A DNA stretch of 64,000 nucleotides, from the NCBI GenBank assembly GCA_039715185.1, contig JBDLIA010000008.1, positions 4,207 through 68,206 of the forward strand, read 5' to 3'. This document shows positions 46,839 to 55,737 of this stretch, piece after piece (within the stretch, counting starts at the first letter, position 1; each line of letters opens with the position of its first letter). The notes beneath the pieces are model-generated. The model made no database searches. It was not told where the DNA came from and was given only the letters and a program-made list of their open reading frames with translations. Made by a program: the position numbers and the translations under genes. The stretch comes from Gemmatimonadota bacterium. Lineage in GTDB: Bacteria; Gemmatimonadota; Gemmatimonadetes; Longimicrobiales; RSA9.

Positions 46839-48137
46839 ATGTCACAAGCGACGACCAGCCTGGTGGGCCGAGGCAACGCGGACGGTGCCCGTCTCTTCAA
46901 GGAATGGTTCACGGAACTCGGCCAGGCGGCCGAGGAAGGACGGGGCGGAGCGTACGTGTTCGTGATGGGGAGTCTGGTCGAACTGCTTCGCTGTTTCGAT
47001 CTGCCCGTGGTCTTTCCCGAGATCAACTCCCTGCAGACCGCGGTCCGCCACGAAGCGCACGAGTACCTGAACGAAGCGGAGGACTACGGCTACTCGCCCG
47101 ATATCTGCGGTTACGTGAAAGCCGACGTCGCCACGCAACTCCGAGGGGGGCGCCTGCCGATGGGCCGCATCCCGCCGCCCGGAATCGCGGTCTACACCAA
47201 CGCGTGCAACACGTACATCAAGTGGGCCGAGATCTGGGAGCGGATGTACGACTGCCCCATCGTCACGATCGACGTCCCCGGCAGCCGGGCGGCGGGCCTA
47301 CGCCCCGGGCGAGGAGACCCGGACTTCGAGAACGATCTGGGTTACGTCCTCGGCCAACTCCGGGAACTCATCCCGGTCCTCGAGAAGGTGAGCGGAAAGG
47401 CGTTCGATATCGACCGGCTCCGCGAGACCCTCGGGCACGCCAACACCATGGCTCGGGGGTGGCAACGGGTGCTGGAGCTGAACAAGTCGACGCCTTCCCT
47501 GTTCAACGCGCTCACGGACGGAACGATCTATCTCGGAGTATCGAACTGCCTTCGTGGGACCGCCGACGGGGCCGCGTATTTCGACGACCTCGTCGAGGAG
47601 ATGGAGTTCAAGAGTGACAACGGCATCGGCACGCTCACCGAGGAGCTCTACCGACTCCTGTTCGTCGGCGTGCCGTGCTATCCGATCTTCCGCCGCTTCG
47701 GCGAGCTGTTCAGCGAATGGGGCGGCACGTTCGTAAATTCGACCTACCTGTGGTTCGCCTCCGGCGGCGCGAACGAGGGGTATCAGTACGACGTCGATCG
47801 GCCCGTGGAGAGCCTGGCCGAGGGGCTTCTTCTGGGGACCCGGGCCGCCATGGACAGCATGTTCTTCCAGACCGAGCCGCTGCTCGAGATGTTCGACAGC
47901 TATCAGGCCGACGGCGTGGTCTACCACCCCATCAAGAGCTGCCGGACGGTCTCGACGGGCCTGGCGGACAACCGCCGCGAGGTCATGTCACGCGGCGACG
48001 TCCCTTCCCTCTTCATCGAGTCCGACATGATGGATCGTCGCGTGGTCTCCGAGGCTCAGCTGAAGAACCGGATCGACGCGTTCTTCGAGGGTCTCGCGTC
48101 CCGCCGCATCAAGGCCGCCACCACCACCGCCCAGTAG
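46839..48137 (+). CDS. bcrB: Benzoyl-CoA reductase subunit B-like (BcrB/BadE/BzdO)
   Basis: 432 aa member of the same dehydratase-component family (YVFVMGSLVELLRCFDLPVVFPEINSLQ...DICGYVK). Confidence 0.75.
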   Translation: MSQATTSLVGRGNADGARLFKEWFTELGQAAEEGRGGAYVFVMGSLVELLRCFDLPVVFPEINSLQTAVRHEAHEYLNEAEDYGYSPDICGYVKADVATQLRGGRLPMGRIPPPGIAVYTNACNTYIKWAEIWERMYDCPIVTIDVPGSRAAGLRPGRGDPDFENDLGYVLGQLRELIPVLEKVSGKAFDIDRLRETLGHANTMARGWQRVLELNKSTPSLFNALTDGTIYLGVSNCLRGTADGAAYFDDLVEEMEFKSDNGIGTLTEELYRLLFVGVPCYPIFRRFGELFSEWGGTFVNSTYLWFASGGANEGYQYDVDRPVESLAEGLLLGTRAAMDSMFFQTEPLLEMFDSYQADGVVYHPIKSCRTVSTGLADNRREVMSRGDVPSLFIESDMMDRRVVSEAQLKNRIDAFFEGLASRRIKAATTTAQ

Positions 48138-48299
48138 TGTGCCGTAACAGAAGTGTCGGTGGCATTCAGCGCGCGCTGCATCCCGCGAGCGCATCGTTGC
48201 CGCTCCTCACCGTAGCTATGGCTACGCTTCGTCGCGCCGCCTTGCTTCGCGGGCGCTTCGCGCGCTTCGGTACACACCCAACTTCCGTTACGGCACACT
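48136..48299. repeat. 164-bp imperfect palindrome (MITE/REP-like or large mRNA hairpin) between BCR core and ATPase genes
   Basis: Terminal 19-nt arms AGTGTGCCGTAACAGAAGT (48136-48154) and ACTTCCGTTACGGCACACT (48281-48299) are reverse complements with one mismatch. Inner arms pair partially (GCGCGCG, CCCGCGA blocks). Confidence 0.7.
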
Positions 48300-48311
48300 A
48301 GGGGAGCCCGC

Positions 48312-49130
48312 ATGGCATACGCAGCCGGAGTGGACGTGGGGTCCACGCAGACCAAGGCGGTCATCGTCGATGAGACCGGCGTCATCGTGGCGCGGGCGCT
48401 GACCGAGACGGGCGCCAACGTCATCCAGGCGGCGCAGACCGCGTTCGAGGAGGCTCTGGCAAAGGGTGGACTCGAGGAACGCGAGGTGGAGTACGTGATC
48501 GGCACCGGATACGGGCGCTACAAGGTGACCTTCGGAAACGCCCAGGTGACGGAGATAAGCTGCCACGGTCGCGGAGCCGTACACATGTTTCCCCGGACCC
48601 GCACGGTCGTGGACATGGGCGGACAGGACACGAAGGCGATACGGGTCGCCGAAGATGGCGAGATCCTCGACTTCTGCATGAACGACAAGTGCGCCGCCGG
48701 CACGGGACGCTTTCTGGGAGCCGCCTCGAGCGCGCTGGAGATTCCGCTCGACGAGCTCGGGCCCACCGCCCTCAGAGGCGAGCGGCCCGTAAAGATCAGC
48801 ACGACGTGCACCGTCTTCGCGGAGTCGGAGGTGCTGTCCTGGCTCGGGAAAGGCAAGAAGATCCAGGACATTCTTCTCGGCGTGCACCAATCGATCGCCG
48901 CGCGCTCGGCGGGTCTCCTGCGCAGGGTTGGCGTCGAGGATGAGGTCACGTTCACCGGAGGTGTCGCCCGGAACAGCGCCATGGTGGAGACCCTGGAGCA
49001 GCGTCTCGGACTCTCCCTCAACGTCAGCGACGAGTCGCACTACATGGGCGCGCTAGGCGCAGGCCTGTTCGCCCTGGATCGCATCCTGGCCAGCCGACAA
49101 CCCACGGAAGCGGAGGCGGCGGCGTCATGA
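48312..49130 (+). CDS. Benzoyl-CoA reductase ATPase subunit (BcrA/BcrD = BzdQ/BzdP, BadF/BadG/BcrA/BcrD ATPase family)
   Basis: 272 aa acetate/sugar-kinase fold ([14 protein letters not shown]). Cluster-ligand motifs [11 protein letters not shown] and [10 protein letters not shown]. Confidence 0.8.
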   Translation: MAYAAGVDVGSTQTKAVIVDETGVIVARALTETGANVIQAAQTAFEEALAKGGLEEREVEYVIGTGYGRYKVTFGNAQVTEISCHGRGAVHMFPRTRTVVDMGGQDTKAIRVAEDGEILDFCMNDKCAAGTGRFLGAASSALEIPLDELGPTALRGERPVKISTTCTVFAESEVLSWLGKGKKIQDILLGVHQSIAARSAGLLRRVGVEDEVTFTGGVARNSAMVETLEQRLGLSLNVSDESHYMGALGAGLFALDRILASRQPTEAEAAAS

Positions 49131-49945
49131 GATACACGGCTGGAGTCGACCTGGGCTCGACCTATACCAAGGCGGTCGTCCTGGACGCGGACTACCGCAT
49201 CGTGGGCAAGGCCATGCGTCCCACCGGCTTCCGACTCGGCGAGGTGGGGCGCGAGGCCCTGGACGAGGCGCTGGGTGCCGCGGGACTCGCGCGGCACGAG
49301 GTGGGCTACACGGTGACCACGGGCTTCGGCAGGCACCAGATGGCGGAGGCCGACACCCACGTGACCGACCTCACCGCGGCCGCCCGCGGCGCCACGCTCC
49401 TGTACCCGGGCACCGCGACCGTGCTGGACGTGGGCGGTCAGACGATGAAGGCGACGCGCGTCGGGACCGACGGCAAGGTCAAGTCGTTCAGGCTCAACGA
49501 CAAGTGCGCCGCCGGGACCGGGGCTTTCCTGGAAAAGACGGCCCGTTACATGGGTTTCGAGACGGAGGAGATCGGCCCCCTGGTCTCCACCTCGAAGACC
49601 CCCGTACCGATCTCGGGCGTGTGCGCCGTCTTCGCCGAGTCGGAAGTGATCAACCAGCTCTCACAGGGCGCCGCCCCCGCCGACATCATGCACGGCGCGG
49701 TCGTCTCGCTCGTGGGTCGGTCGGTACAGCTCATGAAGCGGGTGAGGATGGAACCGGAGTACACGCTCATCGGAGGCATCCTCCGCTTCCAACGCATGGC
49801 CGACGTGATCCGCGCCGAGCTGGACTCGGAGGTGAACGTCCCGCACGGAGACCTGGTCCAATTCACGTCGGCTCTGGGCGCCGCCTACCTGGCCCACCTC
49901 CGGGTTGCCCGGCTGGAATCGTCCGAAGCCACCACCCGCTCATGA
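49127..49945 (+). CDS. Benzoyl-CoA reductase ATPase subunit (second BcrA/BcrD-family protein)
   Basis: 272 aa with [25 protein letters not shown] and [11 protein letters not shown]. Overlaps the previous gene by 4 nt. Two similarly small ATPase subunits resemble the Azoarcus Bzd type. Confidence 0.8.
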   Translation: MRYTAGVDLGSTYTKAVVLDADYRIVGKAMRPTGFRLGEVGREALDEALGAAGLARHEVGYTVTTGFGRHQMAEADTHVTDLTAAARGATLLYPGTATVLDVGGQTMKATRVGTDGKVKSFRLNDKCAAGTGAFLEKTARYMGFETEEIGPLVSTSKTPVPISGVCAVFAESEVINQLSQGAAPADIMHGAVVSLVGRSVQLMKRVRMEPEYTLIGGILRFQRMADVIRAELDSEVNVPHGDLVQFTSALGAAYLAHLRVARLESSEATTRS

Positions 49946-50286
49946 ACAGAAGCGAGCGTCGATCCCTGCCCGTCCTCGGGGCGCCTCACTCCCGCCGGTC
50001 GTCCGATGCCGCGACCGGCAGCGACTCCTGGCTGGCGGGGGTGCAGCCCGATCCGGAGCGGCTTCGGGCGGGATGGGAGCACCGCTTCGTGGCCGACGCA
50101 GAACGAGCCAGGGAGATGGTCCAGCTCTACCTCGAGTTGGGCTTCGAGGTGGCCGCCGACCCCGTTCGCCTGGACGCCGCCGAAGGCGGGTGCACCGCCT
50201 GTTTCGAGGAGAGCGACCAAGGCTATCGATCCATCTACACGCGGCGCGCGTCGGAACGCGCCGCCGACCTCCGCCCGGAAGGATGA
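49942..50286 (+). CDS. Small hypothetical protein translationally coupled to BCR ATPase gene
   Basis: ATG 49942 overlaps the upstream stop as ATGA. 114 aa: [12 protein letters not shown]...WEHRFVADAERAREMVQLYLELGFEV...GGCTACFEE. No family recognised. Only the C-terminal part of track ORF 49504..50286. Confidence 0.45.
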   Translation: MNRSERRSLPVLGAPHSRRSSDAATGSDSWLAGVQPDPERLRAGWEHRFVADAERAREMVQLYLELGFEVAADPVRLDAAEGGCTACFEESDQGYRSIYTRRASERAADLRPEG

Positions 50287-50293
50287 GCGCGTG

Positions 50294-50842
50294 ATGGAGA
50301 AACACCCGACCCAGGTACTGCGCGACGAGCATCAGTGGATCCTGGCCGTGGCGGACGTCCTCTCCTCGCTCCTGGACGACCCCGCCGACCGCCTGGACTA
50401 CGACCGGATCGGCGAGTGCATCGACTTCATGCGACTCTTCGCCGACGCGTGTCATCACGGGAAAGAGGAAGATCACCTCTTCACCGCGCTAGTCGAGCAG
50501 GGGATGCCCAGAGAGCAGGGGCCGATCGCCGTGATGTTGCACGAACACCGACTCGGCCGCGAGCGCGTGTCCGACATGGCCAGCGCCATGCCTGGCGCCC
50601 GCGCCGGCGACTCGAACGATCGGCGGCGTCTGCTTCAGGCTGGTCGAGGATACGTCGAGCTGATCCGCAACCACATCCTCAAGGAAGACAACGTGCTCTT
50701 CGAGATGGCGGATGAGGTCATCACCGGTCCGGCGTGCGCACGACTGTGCGCGGCCTACGACGGCACCTGCGATCACACGTTCGAGGGCCGTACCAAGGAG
50801 CAGCTCGAGGCCCTGGGACGGTCGCTGTTCTCGTCGCCTTGA
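50294..50842 (+). CDS. Hemerythrin (HHE cation-binding) domain protein
   Basis: 182 aa starting MEKHPTQVLRDEHQ. His/Glu ligand pattern: DEHQ, HHGKEEDHLF, LHEHR, HILKEDN. Confidence 0.75.
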   Translation: MEKHPTQVLRDEHQWILAVADVLSSLLDDPADRLDYDRIGECIDFMRLFADACHHGKEEDHLFTALVEQGMPREQGPIAVMLHEHRLGRERVSDMASAMPGARAGDSNDRRRLLQAGRGYVELIRNHILKEDNVLFEMADEVITGPACARLCAAYDGTCDHTFEGRTKEQLEALGRSLFSSP

Positions 50843-51613
50843 TCAGCGCCGCACGGAAATCCGGCGCGTGGTCATTCCGAAGTTGGCGGTGCGGGCGTCG
50901 GTGGCGATCACCTGCAGCTCGAAATCGCCAGCCTCCTGCGCGGAGATCTCGGCCGCATAAAGGCTTCTCTCCCCGCTGAAGCTCAGCGGCCATTCCCCGA
51001 TTACATCCGAGCCTCGAACCAGGCGAGCGCTGATCTCGTAGCCATCGGAATCCCAGGTGCCGCCCGGCTCGGTGGGGCAGCCGCAGAGCATGGTGACGCT
51101 GGCGCGCACGTGGAAGGGGACGCCTACCTGCACCGAATCCTGCGTGGGTTCCTGCAGCTCCACGGTGAAGCCGTTGAGCACCAGTATCACGCCCTCCCCG
51201 ACCACGTGCCGCCCAGGGACGACCAGCAGCGTCTTGGTCGTCGTATGCTGCGTTTCGGCGCCCAGCGGACCGGTACCGCGGATCTCGACGAGCGTGGGGC
51301 GGGCGAGGCTGAGCTCGGCCAGGAATCCGGCCGCGCCTTCGGTGTCGAAGACTGACTCCCCGCGTCCCCGCGGGCCCATTATCTTCGCCGTGTTGCCGGT
51401 AGACCCTTGTTGGACTCCCTCGGCCAGAAGCGCCCCGGTTTCGGCATCCCGTATCGAGATCGACGCGCCCCCCACGCCCGTACCGATGATCTTCGCGTCG
51501 TTCGCGACCACTCGCACCAGTACCTGCGTCGGTTCCTGAGCAGCGAGCGTTCCGGCGACCATCGAACAGGCCGCAAGGCACAGCGCGCAGGCCACAAGAC
51601 GTGCCGTCTTCAT
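50843..51613 (-). CDS. Secreted/lipoprotein of unknown function (beta-sandwich-like)
   Basis: Real start MKTARLVACALCLAACS at 51613. The upstream 400 aa of track ORF 50843..52825 are junk overlapping other genes. Confidence 0.55.
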   Translation of the reverse strand: MKTARLVACALCLAACSMVAGTLAAQEPTQVLVRVVANDAKIIGTGVGGASISIRDAETGALLAEGVQQGSTGNTAKIMGPRGRGESVFDTEGAAGFLAELSLARPTLVEIRGTGPLGAETQHTTTKTLLVVPGRHVVGEGVILVLNGFTVELQEPTQDSVQVGVPFHVRASVTMLCGCPTEPGGTWDSDGYEISARLVRGSDVIGEWPLSFSGERSLYAAEISAQEAGDFELQVIATDARTANFGMTTRRISVRR

Positions 51614-51627
51614 GAAAGCGCTCCGGG

Positions 51628-51819
51628 TCAGCGAATCAGCGCGAGCGGAAGTAGGACCACGTAGCCCAGAACCAGCAGCAGTGGCGCCGCGACGGTCGAG
51701 CCGCCGTTGAGCAGGACGTACCCCAGCACGATGGCGAGAACTCCCGCCCCCATTAGTACCCAGTTCACTCGGGAAAAGCTGAGCGAGTCCGCTCTGGATC
51801 GATTCGATTTTCTTGCCAT
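51628..51819 (-). CDS. Small two-TM membrane protein, hypothetical
   Basis: 63 aa: basic N-terminus followed by two hydrophobic helices (WVLMGAGVLAIVLGYVLL, AAPLLLVLGYVVLLPLALI). Confidence 0.5.
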   Translation of the reverse strand: MARKSNRSRADSLSFSRVNWVLMGAGVLAIVLGYVLLNGGSTVAAPLLLVLGYVVLLPLALIR

Positions 51820-51852
51820 GGCGGCGGAAATCTAACCGCGCCCACCGGCCGG

Positions 51853-52884
51853 TCAACGGTCCGGAGGCGTTTCCGGGCGAGAAGCGGGCGCGTCGTCCTC
51901 CGGGTGCGTGCCGCCATCCGGTCCCGGGCGGATCTCCTCCCCCAGCCAGTAGGCCGGACGGTCGGGCGGCTCCACCAGCGCCTCCCGCCGCTCCGCAGTG
52001 CGACGCCGCCGCAGCCCGTACATGGCGATCAGGATGAGTGCCGCAAAGGCCCAGAACACGGTGGCGTGGGACAGCGCGGTGGCCCAACCGTAGCGTGCCT
52101 TGACGGAGCGCTGCCAGTCGTGCTCGAGCTGGCCGAGGGTGCGGCCGTAGGTGGCGCGCAGAGCCGCGTCCAGCGACCCCATGTCGCGCCAGCGGCGCAG
52201 AAAGCGGGTCAGGCCCTCCTCCCCGCCCTGCTCCAGCAGGTAGCCGACCGCGCTTACGGACAGCAGGTATGCCACCTCCGCCTCCACCGAGCGCGCGGGC
52301 CAGGCGAACGAGATGGAGTCCAACGGCGGCGTCCGGTTCAGCGCGAAGGCAAGCCTGAGCCGCCATTCCGCGCCGGTGCTCCACTCGCCGGCTACCCAGC
52401 GCGCGTACCCCTCGTCGAACCAGCGCGGCACCCGTGCGGGCGCGACGGCGTCGCGCAGCGCGATGTGGGCGAGCTCGTGGCGGAGGGTCCGGAGCAGGGC
52501 CTGCGGGTCTCGATTGCGGCGGCCGAACGCCGGCAGCACGACCGTGCGCGTCGCGGGAAACGCGAACCCCGCCCCCCACTCGGGCAGTCCGCCGCCCGAC
52601 AGCCGGGTCAGCTCGTCCTCCGACCCCGCTACCTCCACGGTAACGGGCGCGCGGTCCACCACCAGCGGCGAGTCGATCGGCAGGCTCGGGAATGGCGCCA
52701 TGTCGCGCGCGGCATCCTCCAGAAAGCGGAGGAGCTCGTCCGCCACTCCGTGTCCGCGCATCTCCACCGCGGGGACCGGGCGCTGGGCCAGCGCCGGCGC
52801 TGCCACCGTGGTGCTCAGCGCGCACATGGCAGCGCAGCTCAGCGCGATCCGGCTCAGGCTCCGGGCGCGGGGCGACAGGAACAC
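51853..52884 (-). CDS. Putative zinc metallopeptidase (HExxH) with signal peptide and C-terminal TM anchor
   Basis: 343 aa. Signal CAAMCALSTTVAAPALAQ, motif LRHELAHIAL, C-terminal TM VFWAFAALILIAMYGL. Confidence 0.6.
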   Translation of the reverse strand: MFLSPRARSLSRIALSCAAMCALSTTVAAPALAQRPVPAVEMRGHGVADELLRFLEDAARDMAPFPSLPIDSPLVVDRAPVTVEVAGSEDELTRLSGGGLPEWGAGFAFPATRTVVLPAFGRRNRDPQALLRTLRHELAHIALRDAVAPARVPRWFDEGYARWVAGEWSTGAEWRLRLAFALNRTPPLDSISFAWPARSVEAEVAYLLSVSAVGYLLEQGGEEGLTRFLRRWRDMGSLDAALRATYGRTLGQLEHDWQRSVKARYGWATALSHATVFWAFAALILIAMYGLRRRRTAERREALVEPPDRPAYWLGEEIRPGPDGGTHPEDDAPASRPETPPDR

Positions 52885-52895
52885 TCTTATTCGAC

Positions 52896-53768
52896 TCAGC
52901 GTGTCCCCGTCTCTCCCTGCAGAACGCCGCGCTGGTGGGGCTCGAGCAGGGCGCTGGCGCGCAGCACCAGGAGGGGCGCCGCTCCGCCGTCGCTCACCAC
53001 GCCCGACACGAGCGCCGCGCTCCGGCCGCTGAAGAGCGCTGGCAGGGGCGCCCAGCGACTCCGCTGGATGGCCTCCACCGCGACGACCTCGTCAACAACC
53101 CAGCCCACCCGCTGGTCCTCCTCCCCCAGTATCAGGACGCGGCGGTCCGGCCCGCGCTCGGGTTCCAGGCCCAGGTGCGGCCCCAGGTCCAGAACCGGCA
53201 TGGCGAACCCCCGCAGCGGCAGCATGCCCAGCACGTAGGACGGCAGTCCGGGGACCGGCTGCGGATCATCGTACGGCCAGATCCTGTCGACGTCGTCGGA
53301 CTCGAACGCGAACTGGTGCGCTCCTATCCGGAAGCGGACCAGCGACAGCGCGTCGGCGGCGCCATCGACGCCGGGCACCGGCGCCTGGCCGCCCTCGCGC
53401 ACCGGCGCGGCGAACAGGCGTTCGAGGTCCAGGCGCGTCACCACGCGGCCGTCCTCGGTCCACGCCTCGACGTCTTCCTCATCCTCTCGCTCCGCGACGC
53501 CGCGCACGGTCTCGACCAGCAACGCGTACACGGTCGACCCCCGGTCCAGTATCAGCGCCACCCCCGGCCCAGGGATCGCCTTCAGCTCCAGCGCCCGCCC
53601 GAGGTCGATGACCGGGAGCCACGATTCTCGATGCTCGATCACGCCGCGGACGCGCTCCGGCATGCCGGGCATGGCGTCCACCACGGGCTCGTCCACGGCC
53701 TCGGTCACGGCGTCCGACGGAATGGCCCAGGTCTCCCCTCCGGCCACGACGAGCAGGTAGCGCGTCAC
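52896..53768 (-). CDS. cheW: Tandem CheW-domain coupling protein
   Basis: 290 aa with two CheW-like halves (LLVVAGGETWAIPSDAV...GVIEHRESWLPVIDL and LVRFRIGAHQFAFESDDV...GMLPLRGFAMPVLDL). Confidence 0.75.
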   Translation of the reverse strand: MTRYLLVVAGGETWAIPSDAVTEAVDEPVVDAMPGMPERVRGVIEHRESWLPVIDLGRALELKAIPGPGVALILDRGSTVYALLVETVRGVAEREDEEDVEAWTEDGRVVTRLDLERLFAAPVREGGQAPVPGVDGAADALSLVRFRIGAHQFAFESDDVDRIWPYDDPQPVPGLPSYVLGMLPLRGFAMPVLDLGPHLGLEPERGPDRRVLILGEEDQRVGWVVDEVVAVEAIQRSRWAPLPALFSGRSAALVSGVVSDGGAAPLLVLRASALLEPHQRGVLQGETGTR

Positions 53769-54841
53769 CGGCGCCCTCGGCGGCTCCGAGCGCGCGGCCG
53801 CGGCCGCTCCGCCACGGCCTCGGCAAGAGCGTCGGCCATCCCGTGCAGTGGAGCGACGCGAGCCGCGTACGGCGCCGCCGCCGCCGGCATGCCGAAGATC
53901 ACGGACGTATCGCGATCCTGCGCCAGCGTGCCGCCGCCCACCTCGCGGATTGCTCGCAGCCCCTCCGCGCCGTCCCGCCCCATCCCCGTCAGCACGGCGC
54001 CCACGGCGCGAGGCCCGGCGTGACGCGCCAGCGACGCCAGCAGGATGTCCCCCGAGGGCCGCACGCCGTGCACGGGCGGGCTGTCCACGAGCCGCTGGAT
54101 CCAGTGTTCCCCGTCGCGGCCGATCTCCAGGTGGGTCCCACCCGGTGCCAGGTAGGCGCAGCCGGCCGCCACCGGCTCGCCGTGCGCCGCCTCGCGCACG
54201 GGAAGCCGCGCGACGCCGTCCAGGCGCTCCGCCAGCGACGCCGTGAAGCGCGGCGGCATGTGCTGCGCGATGAGCACCGCGGCGGGCAGGGTGGGTGACA
54301 GACCGGGCACCAGCTCCATGAGCGCGCGCGGCCCCCCGGTGGAGGCCACGATGCCCACCACCGCCGGCGCCGGCGCCGATTCGGTGCGCGACGCCCGGCG
54401 GCGTCGGCGAGGCGGCACCGGCGGGCGAAACCGCAGGTTCGTGATCCGGGCCATGGCGGCCGCGCGAAGCGCCCTCAGGAGGCGTTCCGCGAACGGCGCC
54501 TCGTCCTCCAGGGTAGCCGGCTTCGCGACGATCTCGGCGGCGCCGTAGTCGAGCGCCCTCAGCACCTCCTCCCCGCGCGCATCCAGCGCGGACACGACGA
54601 CGACCGGCCGCGGGGCCTCGCTCATGATGTACCCCAGCGCGTCGAGGCCGTCGAGGTCGGGCATGCGCAGGTCGAGCGCTACGATCGCGGGGTCGGTCTC
54701 GTGCACCTGCCGGATCGCCTCGTACCCGGTCGCCGCCTCTCCGACCACGGAGAATTCCTGTGACCGCTCGACGACGTCGCGCACGAAGGAGCGCATCATC
54801 ACGCTGTCGTCCACGACCAGAACTCCGGGCGGGCCGGTCAC
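53765..54841 (-). CDS. cheB: Protein-glutamate methylesterase CheB (REC + methylesterase)
   Basis: VLVVDDSVMMR...ALDLRMPDLDG receiver. VVGIVASTGGPRAL and GMGRDGAEGL...VIFGMP catalytic-domain motifs. Confidence 0.9.
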   Translation of the reverse strand: MTGPPGVLVVDDSVMMRSFVRDVVERSQEFSVVGEAATGYEAIRQVHETDPAIVALDLRMPDLDGLDALGYIMSEAPRPVVVVSALDARGEEVLRALDYGAAEIVAKPATLEDEAPFAERLLRALRAAAMARITNLRFRPPVPPRRRRRASRTESAPAPAVVGIVASTGGPRALMELVPGLSPTLPAAVLIAQHMPPRFTASLAERLDGVARLPVREAAHGEPVAAGCAYLAPGGTHLEIGRDGEHWIQRLVDSPPVHGVRPSGDILLASLARHAGPRAVGAVLTGMGRDGAEGLRAIREVGGGTLAQDRDTSVIFGMPAAAAPYAARVAPLHGMADALAEAVAERPRPRARSRRGRR

Positions 54842-55737
54842 GGGCGCCGCCTGTACACGCGCAGCGGGACGGAAACCGTGTCGTAGAGGGTCGCCGAAGC
54901 CCCTACCAGGCTCTCGGCGCGGCCCAGCACGAGGAACCCACCGGGCACGAGCGCCTGGTGCAGCCTCTCCAGAATGGCCGCCTGGGACTCGGAATCGAAG
55001 TACATGATGACGTTGCGGCAGCAGATCAGGTGCTGACCGCGGGGATACCGGCCCGCGAGCAGATCCAGGTGCCAGAAAGCCGCCTTTCGCCTGATGCGAT
55101 CCACCGGTCTGTGGGGCGGGCCGCCCGCCTCGAACCAGCGAGCTCGGTCTTCGTCCGTGGTCTCCGCGAGCCCCAGGTCCGCGTACGCCGCGGCGCGCGC
55201 CGCGTCCAGCGCGTCGGGGTCGATGTCCGTCGCTACGAGGCGAAAGCGGCGGGAGCCGGAGCCGGGTCGGAGCCGGTCGAACTCGTCCAGGAGCATCGCC
55301 AGCGTGTACGCCTCCTCGCCGGCCGCGCAGCCCGCGCTCCAGAGGTTCAGAAACGCGTCGGGGCGCGCGACGAGCTCCGGCAGCACCCGCTCGGCCATGT
55401 GGCGCCAGACGTCGCGGTTCCGGAAGAACCTGCTGACGTTGATCGTGACCGCGGCGAGCAGGCGCTCGTACTCCGCGGGGTCCGCGTGGAGGACGCCAGC
55501 GTACTCCTGGTAGCTGGCGGCCCCGGTGGCCCGCATGCGCACCGCCACTCTGCGCCGAAAACAGGCCTCCTTGTAGCGCGACAGCGAGAGCCCGGTGGCC
55601 AGGTCTATCTGGCGCGTGAGCGCATCCAGTTCCGCCGCCTGCTCCGGCGAGAGCGTGCCGGACGCCAGCGGAAGCAGAGCGGCCGACCCATCGATCGCGC
55701 TCTCGATCGAAGCGGGCGCGTCACTCCGCATTCCCAA
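54838..55737 (-). CDS. cheR: Chemotaxis protein methyltransferase CheR
   Basis: TINVSRFFRN, LWSAGCAAGEEAYTLAM and ICCRNVIMYF motifs. Confidence 0.9.
   Translation of the reverse strand: MGMRSDAPASIESAIDGSAALLPLASGTLSPEQAAELDALTRQIDLATGLSLSRYKEACFRRRVAVRMRATGAASYQEYAGVLHADPAEYERLLAAVTINVSRFFRNRDVWRHMAERVLPELVARPDAFLNLWSAGCAAGEEAYTLAMLLDEFDRLRPGSGSRRFRLVATDIDPDALDAARAAAYADLGLAETTDEDRARWFEAGGPPHRPVDRIRRKAAFWHLDLLAGRYPRGQHLICCRNVIMYFDSESQAAILERLHQALVPGGFLVLGRAESLVGASATLYDTVSVPLRVYRRRP

Noticed and set aside
45644-47026. 460-aa minus-strand ORF antisense to bcrC/bcrB-like genes
   Set aside because: No motifs. The plus strand carries recognisable BcrC/BcrB-family sequence in an overlapping operon.
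50843-52825. 660-aa version of the minus-strand ORF ending at 50843
   Set aside because: Only the last 256 aa (from MKTARLVACALCLAACS at 51613) look like protein. The upstream part is Arg/Gly/Pro junk overlapping the small membrane protein and peptidase genes in another frame.
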